From positions 108,188,910-108,252,909 of the forward strand of contig NC_068982.1 of assembly GCF_001194135.2 (NCBI RefSeq): a stretch of DNA of 64,000 nt, in the 5' to 3' direction. Shown here one piece after another: positions 39,491 through 52,863 of the stretch; the first letter of the stretch is position 1; every line of letters starts with the position of its first letter. This DNA is from Octopus bimaculoides (Eukaryota). The position numbers were made by a program, and so were the translations under genes. The notes below the pieces were generated by a model. That model ran no database searches and was not told the DNA's origin. It saw only the letters and a program-made list of their open reading frames with translations.

Positions 39491-40669
39491 ATATATCTAA
39501 AGAGAGACAGCTATTTAAAAATCCATGAGTCAGCCTTTTTTCCAATGATTGCCAGAGTTATCTCATTTCCTGGTATGAAACCAATTGGTAAAGGGGTTGA
39601 TATGAGAATATAATAGTGTATAATAATTATGATAATAATAATAATTATTATTATTACTATTATTATTATCATAGTAGTAGTAAAACTAAAAATGTTAGAA
39701 TTAACAAGGAATCCTAACCTTTCTATAAACAACAAACATTTGTACCATTCTCTGCTAGGAATTTGAAACCAGGATTTGTAATTTCCAAAAAAAAAAAAAA
39801 TTTCAATAAACAACTCTCTAAATTGTTTGATGTCATCAAGAAGGTAGCCACTAATTTTGTTTGAATAGAAACCAAAAATGATTGAGTGACATCAGCAAAA
39901 AATTGACCACTTAAATTTCACAATGCATCTGACAATGTCAATAGGAAACTAACCAGTCAGAGTTGATAGTGTCATCAGTCAACTGCAAAATAAGTTCTAG
40001 CAAAAGGGAGCAGTAATGAGCAGACAGGAGGAAGGAACAAATGCAGCCAAGCATCACATTTGCTGTTGTCAAACATGAGCTGCAGTACAAACAGAACGAA
40101 ACTACTGCTAACTTAGAAATTACAAAATGGCAGATGACACTTGCATTCCACTCATTTTTCTTCTCCCTCTCTCTCTCTCTCTCTCTCTCTCAAGCTCACA
40201 TAAGTACAAAACCAGTCTACAGCCACTTTCTTTTGCTACTCTATAAATCCCTAGCAGATTGTCAGGTCCAGTTTGGTATTTTAGCAATAAACATTCTGGT
40301 GAATTGAAACTATGACTTATCATCCATTCACTTAACTCCAACCATTTGACTGTTAAATTAGTGATGCATTTAAGAACACTTACATAGCCAACAAAAATGC
40401 CTACATTTTCACAGCATGAGTGTTACCGAAGTCAAACATGGAACATTATACAGCTTACATTTGAAATATAGGTACACTGATATTTTACCAATCCAAACAT
40501 CTGAAAAAAATTAAAAAACTTAATGCCTTCATATTGAGAAAACTGCATCAAAGGTTCTAGGGATCAGAAATGTTGCAAATTGTTTTAGGTAAAAGGACTT
40601 CTAAGACAAAAGAGTAGTAAGTCCTTACATTTTATTACTACAATGTAGTGTTTTTATAAAATCCAGTTA

Positions 40670-40891
40670 TATGAGGCAGATGCTGAAAAGTTCCTGGCTT
40701 TAAGGATATTTCAAAAAGCCTGGTTGGAGGCCTAACCCTCTGAGTTCTTTTACAGATCTTAGGAAAACTGAAGGACCCCTGAAATAAGTGTGTGAATCTA
40801 AGAGGGGAATATGCTGGATAAAATGGTAATTACCTGATCCTACTGTATTTTCTTTTACCCAAAGCCAAGAACTTTTCAGCACCTCCTCGTA
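40670..40891. mobile_element. mariner-derived MITE (internally deleted element)
   Basis: TIRs TA-TGAGGCAGATGCTGAAAAGTTCCTGGCTTT and AAAGCCAAGAACTTTTCAGCACCTCCTCG-TA. The internal aataagtgtgtgaatctaagaggggaatat reads 'NKCVNLRGEY', the mariner transposase C-terminal KCV...G.Y motif. Confidence 0.8.
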
Positions 40892-41959
40892 CAGACTTCA
40901 AAGCTTAGTAATTTTAGAGACAGTAATGTAGGTGGTGTTGGTAGTTGAATGGAAAGGTTGAGTGTGTGGGGGACGTGGAGATGGTGATAATGATGAAGCA
41001 GAAAGAGAGGATGAACATGAAGGTAATGTTGGTGGTTGTGGTGTTGTTGGTGGAGTTGTGGACATGTAGAGCAGTAAAAACCAACAAAACCATAAGACCT
41101 TACAAAACCAAAGTTAAGATACAAGAACTACCTCAATCTGAACAAAGGCAATATTCATGTAGAAAGCTGAGAAAAAAATATACTGAATGAGCCCTTGCAT
41201 TTTAAAAAGAATCATATTACATGCACAATTTTTTTTTTTAAATGAGAGGGAAATTCACAGTTATCAATAATTCTTTCAAATGTTTGACTTTTGAAACTAG
41301 CCAAGTTTCATGAAGTTAAACTAACCAAATTTTGCAAAGGCTACAGTTGTTAACCACTCAACAACACATGAAAGAAAATATATCTGCCAATCATGTCATA
41401 CATGTTATCTTTCTATTGCTGGTCTGAAAATATACAAGTCTGTACATAATACCAAATATCATTATTCTGATTTGTATTTAACTGAGAACAGACATGTGAT
41501 AGCTGTGATAAAAGCAGTTTAGACCATCAGATGAGCTAAAGCATCATCTTTACTTTATAGCTCATTAACAAACATTAGTCATATATGTTTATATATATAT
41601 ATATATATATAACACATATATGTAAAAATATGAGAAAGAAAATGAAATTCATGAGACTCCTTCTTCATTATCATTGTTTCAACCCATTGTGCACCAGTAC
41701 TTCACAGGTGAGATACTGTACAAACTATTGTGGTGCATCATAGATGCGGATGTATCAAAAGGCAACTCATTTTTTATTCACCATTTTGCTTATTTGTATA
41801 ACAATCCATTTTAGTAGTTGTGGTGTACTGCACATCTATAATATATACACACATGCAAAATGGAGGTAGCAGAACAAATGTCAAGAAGTATAGGCTTATC
41901 TCTCTAACCTCAACAAAGTCCAAAGCCATGGAATGAATATTCAGAAGGAAACAAATCAT

Positions 41960-43240
41960 GTTCCTTGAAGAAAATGACTAGCTGACTAAACCTAGCTTGG
42001 TTTTCAATCAGGAAGAAGCTGTCTGAGACAACTCTTACAGCACCATGACTGGGTGTTGAAACAGTTGCTCAACCACTCAGATGTGGATATGATATATCTC
42101 GACTTTGGAGAGGCTTTTGATAAAGTTGATTATAGAATGATATGTCACAGATTGCAACTAGGAGAGTGGCTACATGACTTTCTGAAAGATAGAAGTCAAG
42201 TAGTAATAGCCAACAGGGCCACTCCCAAAGAAACATAAATAGCGAATGGTGTACCACAGGGCATTGTCTTGAGGCCATTACTGTTCATAGTGGCCTTCTA
42301 AGATATGTCCTCAACCAAACAGAGAGCCAGCCTCACAAGCTGTGCATATGATATAAAAAAATTTTACAGGTACTACAAAACTCTGACGATATCTTAAATC
42401 TGTAATAAGAGTTAGATGCAATACACAAGTAGGCTGAGAACAGCAGCATGCTGTTAACGCTAAAAAATTCCAAGCCCTATGCTATCAGCAGGCAAAGCCA
42501 AATGCAATGCAGACAAAATACACTGAACCATGAGGCATTGCAGTCCCAGAGTCACAATCAGTACATGGCCTGGGCAGTGACATGAGTAATGATGCATCCT
42601 TCTATACTAAGATGACAATGAAATGCAGGCAGCTGGCTAGATAGATTCCAAGAACTTTCAAAATAAGAGAGCAGGATACTATGATGGTCCTCTAAAAGAT
42701 ATTTGTCCTAAGCTGTTTTGACAATTACTACCAACTATGGTCATCATCCAATGAAGCTACACAAAAAAAGGTAAGTCTCAATGGAACACATTAGCTACTG
42801 GAAAAGACTCAAAAGGTTAAGACTTTACTCCTTAAAATGATGGCAGGAAAGATAAATTGGAATGATGACTTGTCTCAAAGTTTGGTGCTGAAAGTTATAC
42901 TAAAACCAGAACAGGGCACCATTGCAGACTACCAAATATTCCACCTTTGCCATCAAAATACAGGACCAGCTTCGGATTCAAGGGTCCTCAGCTCTTCAAT
43001 ATCCTCCCAAAAGATTTAAGAAATCTACATGAAGTGGATGTGGATATCTTCAAAATAAAACTGGATCTCCTACTGACGAGAGTCCTGGATGAGCCAACTC
43101 CATGGCAGTAAATGTAAATGAGTCCAGTAACATCAAACTTCCTCATTCACCAAATTAAAGGAGGATTAATGAAGATATAGCAACACCAATTGGCAGTGCC
43201 CCGACACGGCTACAGCTCTCAAGCTGAAACAAGTAAAAGT
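41960..43240 (+). mobile_element. CR1-group LINE, 5'-truncated, with 3' end
   Basis: 'VDMIYLDFGEAFDKVD...WLHDFLKDRSQVV', 'NGVPQGIVLRPLLFI', and a C-terminal 'FKIKLDLLL..VLDEPT...SNFLIHQ'. Ends in gctgaaacaagtaaaag. Confidence 0.85.
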
Positions 43241-46200
43241 GTATAACAGTGAATATATGGTGCCCCAGCATGGCCACAGCCTTAGGGCTGAAGCATATAA
43301 AGGAATAAAAGAATATATATAACCTAAAACATATCTGCGTGTTATAACTATCTATTTCAGTGGAGTTGTAATACCGATGAATTCCATCTTGGTTTGCTTG
43401 ACTTGATAACAGAGTTTAGTCATAGTTCAGCATCTGCCTGAAGGTGATCGACCAAAATATTTACAGATCGATTACACAACTGATTGGTTAATGAATAGTT
43501 CACATGGCATCCTCTGGCTTTGCCAGTAGTAACAGTAGAGAATGGAAATAGAGTCATAAATTTGATTAGGTAAAAAGTGTCACGTTTCATTTTTAAATAC
43601 TATAAATAATAAACGCAGCAATTAAACAATTATTTTAAAGCGCCGATTAATTGGCAAAGCATGGCTTGTACTCAATAACAAGTTTTATATAATCGACATT
43701 ACATACATGTGAAAATTAAAAAGAAACACTCTTTATTCGGTCATAAACAATGAAAGAAAACAAAACAAAAATCATTAAAGTTTCCCCGATTCGTAACAAT
43801 AATTGCGGTCAGCGCGAGCCAGTGACGGAGCTATTACGCATTCGCTTGATCTGCTAGAAATAACAACCTTCTCAAATCACACCCAACTTTCTTGGAAATT
43901 AGAAAAGGATAATGTAATCATAGGAAGCTCTAAAAATGGTTACAGCAAATAATGCTTTTGACCAGGCTTGGCCTAGGGCTAAAACAGCATTTCCAAATGA
44001 AACAGTCAGCACCAAGATACGCTCTATTTTCTTAAATGGTAACTTTGTAAACATCTATTCTAAGAAACTAACGATTATTAAAACTTATGAAATTTTCGGT
44101 GGAATTTACAATTCAGTTATTGAGAAGAAGAGAAATTTCGATGAATAACTAGCAAACAATTTCAAGTTTTCGCCTATCTTCATACTACAGCATTATATTC
44201 GATTAACAACTNNNNNNNNNNNNNNNNNNNNNNNNNNNNNNNNNNNNNNNNNNNNNNNNNNNNNNNNNNNNNNNNNNNNNNNNNNNNNNNNNNNNNNNNN
44301 NNNNNNNNNNNNNNNNNNNNNNNNNNNNNNNNNNNNNNNNNNNNNNNNNNNNNNNNNNNNNNNNNNNNNNNNNNNNNNNNNNNNNNNNNNNNNNNNNNNN
44401 NNNNNNNNNNNNNNNNNNNNNNNNNNNNNNNNNNNNNNNNNNNNNNNNNNNNNNNNNNNNNNNNNNNNNNNNNNNNNNNNNNNNNNNNNNNNNNNNNNNN
44501 NNNNNNNNNNNNNNNNNNNNNNNNNNNNNNNNNNNNNNNNNNNNNNNNNNNNNNNNNNNNNNNNNNNNNNNNNNNNNNNNNNNNNNNNNNNNNNNNNNNN
44601 NNNNNNNNNNNNNNNNNNNNNNNNNNNNNNNNNNNNNNNNNNNNNTATATATATATATATATATGATTTTCTGATACCAAAATAAATTTTAGTAACTTGG
44701 AAAGTGATCACAAATCTAAACATAAAAGGGTTCTGCTTTTATTGTTTGAATTATTAGTTGACTAGATAATAATTTAGACCAGTGTAACTAACTATAATTT
44801 CTAAAATATTTCATATATTTTAGTTCCTTTCTCTCAGGCTATGAAATACTGAACGTTATTGTTTTTTATAGTTTAAACTCTTCATACTTACTTGTTAATT
44901 TGCACATTCTGTGATTTCACAAAGAATTCATTAGGCACTCAATACTGAAATGTGAAATAAAATTGTTTAACAAAGAATTAGATACGAAGAAGAAGAAAAA
45001 ACATTCATAACAACTGAGAATTCTAAGAATTAGAACTGAAATTGAAACGAAAATATGATATGCAAATCTAAACGTGAATGGGTGTGCTATTTCATTTCAA
45101 GCCGGGCCAAGAGTGTTTATCTATAAAGTCATCGTCACCGTCGTCAACCGTCATCTGCCCCCATCCCACTGTTATCAGTGCTTCCTTTGTCTTCTGGCAT
45201 ATAGTAATCTCGCTATATGACTTGTCTTAATTTTGTGGAAAGCATTCTAATGCATTTTCGTTAATTTTCACATTAATGTTTTAACTTCCACATTACACAG
45301 AAAACGAAACTAAAAACACCGGCACTGCTATCTTATTATACCGTTAATTTTGCCTCTTTGTTCGACACTGTATCCAATAGCAATTGTGATATTTCTACCT
45401 TTGTTTGTGTGAGTTCAGCATGCGTCTTTGTGTGAAATATAACAGTTTGCTTGTTTGTTTGTTTTTTTAAATAATTGCATTTATCTTTTCAAAAACGGAA
45501 TTAATTTAAAACGCACCTTCTTCTTCAAACTTTGTTTGATGTAGATTGAAATGTGCCCTCCTTTATGCAAGATTGTTTACGCATGCAACTCAGAAAAATC
45601 GCATGTTTTGTACGCGCATTCGTCCGAATTAACCCCTCACACTTGCAAGGGAGGTAACTAAATGCTTTTTCTGTTCCAGTCTCTACTTTCACTTCAATAT
45701 TTTAGTTTAAAGGAGGGCAGTATTGCACGAAATACCTAACAGTCCAGGAATCGGACCGGGTTACGAAAGCGTTGCGCTTCATCAGATCTTATTGTATAGT
45801 GGAATTCGTAACGCAAAGCGCATTCTATCTCCCATTTCTCTATAAACAATGCGTTCCCGAAAATATTACCGTAACGTGAGATTCCGTAATACAATACCAA
45901 ATCCCAATTCCCTTTTGATTTCTGTCAACAGGAAGTTAAGTTTCACGTTACGGTAATATTTCTAACGTTTCTTTAACGCGGAGGATGCTTGCATTTAGTT
46001 TAAGCCTTATCTATTTTAAATACATTAGGGATTGACTTTGCCTTTCGTTTGTAAGATTAGTACCAGTCGTACACTAAGATGGATTTTTTATCCACACCTT
46101 TTCAGTTTGAAATGCAATTTCAAAAGATAATTTATCCCCTTTTTTCATTATTATCTCTCTCCTATCTTTCTCCTCTGTCTGTCTGTCTCTGTCTCCCCCA

Positions 46201-47329
46201 CCCCCTCTCTCTCTCTCTCTCTCTGTCTGTCTCTCTCTCTCTCTCTCTCTTTTCTCTCTCTCTTCTTTTCTCTAAACAGTCTATATTATTTAGTTCCAAG
46301 TAGCCGTAGTCTGAAACCACAATTCTTTAACCTGAGAGAAATTTCAGGACGCCTGGGAAAAGTTTAGGTTTCCAGGTCGAGAAATTATTCATCAATATTA
46401 TCATTATTCGCATTGTTTTTTATTTCTTTCTTTTTTTTTTTCTTTTTTCATCTGCTAGATTTACATTCTTTAATTTCGATTGAAAAGAGACTAATACTAA
46501 ATTGCTATAAAGCTATTAATGTGCAATAAATTTTGTTGTTAGCAAGACTACTTTTTTAAATTTCATATTTGGGTGGGAAAACGGGATAATAAACTAACAA
46601 AGAAGGGTAAAACGAAGGTTAAGAAACTCTGGTCCAAAGCATGCCAATCGTTATCAGATAACCATAGTCCATCCAGGAATACTTTCTTCAATGTATCGCC
46701 CCCACATTTATTTATTTATTTATTTATTTCAGACAGCAAGAGGAGAATTGGTTGCTATTTCTGAGCAGGTTATTAAGAAGTTTATTCGTTGGTTCGTATC
46801 AAGCATGTCAGAGTGTTATTGGACTGATGACAGATTTCCATCAGCCTATTGAATCATGAAAATATATTAAACTTCCTAACTTTTTCCTCTCTTGAAAAGA
46901 AAGAATGTTTGGTTGTCTGGCTGTCTATGTTTGGCCATTATGTGTGTTTGGCCTTTGTGTGTGTGTGTGTCTGTCTGTCTGTCTGTCTGTCCTCTTTTTC
47001 CCACTTCTTCACATATTAAAAACACTTGCACACAAAGTCAGTGCTGATTTTTGGATGTTGCAGTGTTAAATACACCAATAGTACACTCGGGTCCGAGCAA
47101 AAAATATAAAGAAAAGATATGCATGCTAACATTTCAAATGAGGATTTACTTCGGGAAAACAAAAACAAAATTCTTCCTAGATAGTATACAGGAACCATTA
47201 TCAAAAAATCTGGTGCATTATACCCTTCACACTGCGCGCATGTACACACATTCACACACCCATACATACACATAGATGTTCAGGTACATACAATTATGAG
47301 TATATATGCATTTGTTCTAACATACGTAC

Positions 47330-47566
47330 ACGCAGACCTGGTATGTAGTAACAGACATTATATGGGTGGCAGGAGGAGAGTTAGGTGGACGTGGTATGCA
47401 GTTAGACTGTTCAGATGAGCAGAGGCCGCTGTAGCAGCGGCAGAATAGACAGTGAGGAGACAATGTGACTGTGAGTGAGAAGGGAGGGTAGAAGTAAAGA
47501 GAATTGTAACTTTGTGCCACAAAATAACCACGTGGCTTTCTTTCGGGTGCTGTCTAAAATGTTTGT

Positions 47567-47602
<36 letters not shown>

Positions 47603-47830
47603 GTATTAGTAGTAGTAGTAGTAGTAATAGGGGGAAGCGATGGAAGTAGAGTGGTGGTGGTGGTGTCACAAATGTGAGAACAGTATTCCATTGTGTCTCA
47701 CACGAGCTTAATAGAGAGTCTGCAACTCTGACCATGAAGAGGAAGGTTAGTCTTGGGAATGTGATGTTTGTTAATATATTATTATGAGATCGCCAAGAGG
47801 TACCATCAAAAACTGTGACACCCCACATTC
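47330..47830 (-). mobile_element. CR1-group LINE 3' ORF2 fragment
   Basis: 'TMEYCSHI' (acaatggaatactgttctcacatt) and 'CLFCRCYSGLCSSE' correspond to the LFYRYYNGLCSSEL-type motif. Split by a (TAG)n array. Confidence 0.7.
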
Positions 47831-48356
47831 GCGTGCATGTGCGCGTGTGTGTGTGTGTGTCTGTGTGTGCGTGTGCGTGTGTGTGCGTGTTTATATAAAT
47901 AAATAAATATATATATAAATAAATAAATATATATATATATAATACAAATAATATGTGAGTATATGCATATATACGTACATGTATGTACATACCTACATCT
48001 ACATGTATATATAGATGCATATCTGGGTACAGGACGTCACAAAAAAAACGTGGACAAAATGAAAAACAGAACATAAACAGAGCACAGAAAACAAACAGGC
48101 CACATAGAGAATATTTCCTTCATCAGCTGCCCCGATTCTATATATATGCAATTAAATGTAAAGGTAAGATCCAAGGATCTATGAGTAGGAAGTTAGTAAG
48201 CTTCAAGCAGTCTGTAGAAGGTATAAAAACAACTTTCAGGAACAATAGTGATTTATTTGCGTAGAAGGTTGTACATTTTTCCCAAGCTGAAAAATGTTAT
48301 TCTACAGTTCACTGTTAGCGACAGTGGTTGGTGTGTATGCGAATAGAAGTCTAGAT

Positions 48357-48671
48357 TTAGGGAATGGAATAGGTAAAATCCAGGCTACATATGTTTTGTT
48401 TCCTAGATAGCATAACCTCGGGAGTAGTAATTACTCCGCTAGCTACTCCTCAGGCCGAAGATACATACCCTAGTCAAATGAAGGTTACATTGTCGTCAAG
48501 GGATCCCATATTAACTTGCAGGAGATTTGATAATGTAACCTTCATTTGACTAAGGTATCTTCGGCCTGATGAGTAACTGGCGGAGTACCCCTTGTTGAGT
48601 AATTACTACTTCCGAGGTTCTGCTAGTTAGGAAACATTTGTAACCTGGATTTTATCTACCCCATTCCCTAA
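48357..48671. mobile_element. Palindromic MITE (~140-bp arms, ~35-bp spacer)
   Basis: Left arm ttagggaatggaataggtaaaatccaggctaca...caggccgaagatac...tagtcaaatgaaggttacattgtc. Right arm gataatgtaaccttcatttgacta...tatcttcggcctga...tgtaacctggattttatctaccccattccctaa. TA lies outside GGG/CCC termini. Confidence 0.85.
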
Positions 48672-49079
48672 TTTTGGATGTGTGTGTGTGTGCGCGAGCG
48701 CGCTATCTGTTGCAGTCATTGGACTGCGGCCATACTGGGGAACCATCTTGAAGTGTTTAGTTGAAGTAATCGCCCCGAGTACTTATTGTTTTAAAGTCTG
48801 GTACTTATTCTATCGGTGTCTTTTATTGATACATATATAGGATAGTTGTCATGCTGATGACCCCATTAAAGCAGAAATATATGTTCAAAATTGTCCTCTT
48901 ATCTCTAGATATTAAGTCTGTCCTTTTCTTTAATGGCACGTCACTTTCGGAAAATTCTTGATTCTTGAGATTATATCCCTTTCTCATATGGGGCTGTTCT
49001 TAGTTGCCATTTGATAACTACAACACATCCTCTAGACGCGGAGATAATTTTAAGAAATCAGGAATTTACGTTGTTTGGT

Positions 49080-50330
49080 ATTTTATATGCCTGCATCTGT
49101 CTATGTTATATATACATATATGCAACAAGTAAAAAGGGGCGGTATAATACTTGAAGAGTTTTGTTTACTCAAGAACGCAACTATTGCAATATTAGTATCC
49201 GAACAGCGAAAGCTGCTTCTGTGCATTGTACAACCCTCGAGCGCTCTTCTTCCCAAACTACAGCCAATCTTTGCCAAGAAAAATCCACCATCTTTGCAGA
49301 ATTCTTTTTCTCATCTACTTTATTACAATCTGTGGGTAGTACCTTCTCGAAGAATGCTTCCACCTTAGCCGTCTACTTAAAGCCAACTCTACACAAAAAC
49401 CTGGACAATCTCCCCCAAATCTTTCCCTTCCTACAGTTCCAGATCCACAAACTTGCATACATACATGCTAGTGTGAAAGTACCTCCATTACATCAAACCA
49501 ACAAAGTCACCGGCCCTGATAATATCTGTTCCATTACCTCAACATCAGCAACGCTTTCGACCATGTTTGGTACGCAAATCTCCTATCGAAACTACAAGCT
49601 GACTATTGGCTCCTTACGTCTCTGATTTCTTGGATCGGTAGCTTCCTATTCAGTAGCACTATCGCGATATGTGTTGACAGTGTTCTTCCCGTTCTTCGCT
49701 CAATCAGCTATGATGTTGCCAGGTTTGGTTTTATCTGCTACTTACCTCATTCCGTACCTCAATATATGAACGACCTACTTACCGCCGTCATGTCCAACAA
49801 CGCAAATAATACTACATTCCATTTTCCCCTAACCTTCCCCAAACATTCATCATCACACGCAACTTAGATACCCTCTGCCAAACTTGCGTTGATGCTATGA
49901 AGAAAGACCTCGAAAGCATCCTCATGTGGGATTATTCCAATCTTGTCTCAAGAAAACACAAACGCTATTCGTATCGAGAAAGCCTTATCGCTCTTCCCTC
50001 TTCACCTCTACTCACGAGTGGTACGCAAGTAGAGCGCTGATGATCGCTCCAAATGTTGGACCTCGCTATTGTACCTTGGACCATGTCCCAATGACTGGTC
50101 CTTCTCTTCAGAGTCAGAATATATCTCAGCTTCCAGCAATTATTGACACTATACGAAGCTCTTGTGAGGCCCATAACAAACTTTGCTTTCACATCTGGGA
50201 CGGTGCTGCTGTTGCACACGCAGACGGCTTAGACCGCATCAAGAAAAAGGCCATCCGATTCATTGACATAAAATTCCTCACAGACATGCTTTAGCATCTG
50301 ACCCACTGGCGTATCGTCTCCTCTCTCTGT
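49080..50330 (+). mobile_element. CR1-group LINE ORF2 relic
   Basis: 'NKVTGPDNI', 'WIGSFLFSSTIAICVD', 'YMNDLL', 'KKTQTLFVSRK' and 'HIWDGAAVAHADGLDRIKKKAIRFID'. Internally deleted and frameshifted. Confidence 0.8.
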
Positions 50331-50585
50331 CTATCTGTCTGTTTATCTGTCTTTTCTCCCCCCCCCCCGCTTTCTCTCTCTCTCTCTATATATATATATA
50401 TAGCAATGAGAAAATGGAGGAGAATATGCGGTATCCATCGACTTGCAGACAATGTATTCCGTTGATTAATCTGTTTATTATATAACTAAATTGACAAAAA
50501 CCACAATTTGCAGATACTTATGACATACCATGTCATATTAACAATTAAGGTTACAAATATAAAGGACATTTAGCAATTGGAGAAG

Positions 50586-50609
<24 letters not shown>

Positions 50610-50621
<12 letters not shown>

Positions 50622-50769
50622 TCTACTTGTTTCTTTCTGTCTTCCTTTCTGTGGAAGAGCGTAGGCTCGAAACTTTAAAGACTTTTTCAATTCCCGAGCC
50701 TTATACTAATACATCTGTTTGTTTTCTACAGCACCTGTCTTCGTCCTTTGTTTTTTGTGAATTCTCCCT

Positions 50770-50770
<1 letters not shown>
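50610..50770 (+). mobile_element. Short Penelope-type terminal repeat fragment with hammerhead-like core
   Basis: ttcctttctgtggaagagcgtaggctcgaaac...actaatacatctgtttg...cacctgtcttcgtc. Homologues at 34060-34190 and, more distantly, 38750-38885. Confidence 0.55.
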
Positions 50771-50827
<57 letters not shown>

Positions 50828-52109
50828 TCTACCACTACTGTAATACTCTGCTCCTCGATGCTGGCTAGCTCCATGCAAACTCTCCACCACACGTAATCGA
50901 ATCACTCATCTCTCCTCTTATTATTACCCTTGCCCTGCACTAACCAATATGCCTACTCCTTCCTTCCAAGAACACCAGTCCTATGGAACTCCCTCTTTGT
51001 TCGAGTCTTTCACGCAAGGCAAGACATTTAATTGTTCAAAGAACGTAAGCAATCTCGGAGGACTTGCCAAGGTCATGGAGACTGCCCTTGCACCAGACCT
51101 AACAGTTACATACATACATACATACATACAATTACGGGGAGAGAGGGGGAGAGAGGGAGAGAGAGAGAAAGAAAGAGAGAGCGAAAAGTCGAATTTGAAT
51201 CATCATTCTGTCTACATGAACATAGATACATCGATACATACATACATACATACAAACATACATAGGTGTGATTTTATCGATGATATTATTTCTATATTAA
51301 TATTTACCGGCTTTTTTACATCACTCGATTAGAATTAAATTTACATAACAAGAATCTAATTTGTACCGCAAGAAAAACATCAAAAATACTTTAATAAAGA
51401 GAAAGAGAACGAGGAATGCGTAATGTAATTTGAAAGCCAACTATCACGACAAATGAAGGAGTTTAGAACAAGAAAGGAAAGGAAAAGAAGAGAAAAAGAG
51501 AGAGAGGAGAAGAGGGGAGAGGGGGAGAGAGAGGAGAGGGGGAGAGAGAGGGGAGAGAGAGAGAGAGAGGGAGAGAGAGAGAGAGAGAGAGAGAGTGAAA
51601 TAGAGATTGAACAGTAATAATGATACATGGTTCGTTCTACGATGAAGATTCAGTTGTTAGATCAACTGAATTACTTGCTCCTGAATTAACATGTAAGTGA
51701 CTGAACATTCCAAAGGTACGTGTACCCTTAACGTAATTCTCAGAGAGAACCAGCGCGACAAAATGTAATTTAATACATGCACGTATGTATGTACCTGTGT
51801 GTGTGTGTGTGTGTGTGGATAAGTTGCTATTTCCAATGACATACCGTAACAGTTAACCTTTGCTTAGAACTCCATGTAAATTCATGTATGTCCAACTTCC
51901 AATCAGGTATTAGGAATAATTTATCCTCAAATTTTCGCTTGGGATTACATACATTTCAATAGATTACAGAATGTATATCCAAAAGCAGTAAAAAACTGGT
52001 AGTTCGGTTACATGTTTTTTGTTTTTTTCATTTATAACATCACAAATTACTGAATCGTTACACGTGTTTCACTTACATATATTAGTATACGGTAACAGTT
52101 GCATAATCA

Positions 52110-52445
52110 CTTTATAACGCCAGACCCGTGAGCTTGATGTCGTTAATGTTCCATTTAGACAGTTGTATGTGGTTAACACCTACTGAAATGGCATGAGCAA
52201 GAAAAAGATTCCAAAAGGGTCGATGCTTCTGTGGAGAAAGGACTAGGAATAGTGGTTTTTGCAGGACCGGAATGCTTAAGCGCAACCAGTGGAACCAAAA
52301 GAATAGGAAGACGTGTCGGTCGGGAATGTCTGGGAGACAGAATTACGAGACCAGCCATATCTGAGAAATAGAAGCCATTATAGTAGCGATAGGAAAGACA
52401 GAGAGGAGACAGCACGCTTGTGGGCCAGATGTTGGAGAGTGTGTA
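52110..52445 (-). mobile_element. CR1-group LINE 3' end fragment
   Basis: ORF 52173-52484 reads 'SPLCLSYRYYNGFYFSDMAGLV...RPTRL...PFSTEASTLLESF'. Confidence 0.7.
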
Positions 52446-52796
52446 AGTATATATTACATATCTACATGTAATATATACATACAAGAGTATTATTATAGTA
52501 GAAGTATATATATTATTTAATCAATAAAAGCTTCTCCAAAACACCTCTCCATAACAACCAAACCTAAAAACCCAATTACTACTCCTCTCAAACCCTTCAC
52601 ACGCAAGGAAGACTTTGACTCAGCAGATACTATATAAATCAAGACTAACTAATGCATCGTGAATGAAACTTCGAAGTCACTGTCAAAAACATTCGTATTT
52701 AAGAATTATAAATTTGAACTCTACAAAAGTATAGAGTGACCCATCAGATTAATGTAAAATTGTCTTTATTATAACTGGACATAAAAACAAAAGTAA

Positions 52797-52863
<67 letters not shown>

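Noticed and set aside
45060-45067. Octamer ATGCAAAT as an snRNA distal element
   Set aside because: No recognisable snRNA follows, and the 8-mer also occurs elsewhere (near 2857) as expected by chance in AT-rich DNA.
45760-45790. Minus-strand CTGATGA plus hairpin as a hammerhead
   Set aside because: Stem II is followed by TTCG rather than GAAA.
47358-48074. 238-aa ORF
   Set aside because: Runs through (CA)n, (TA)n and (CTA)n arrays and out-of-frame CR1 debris.
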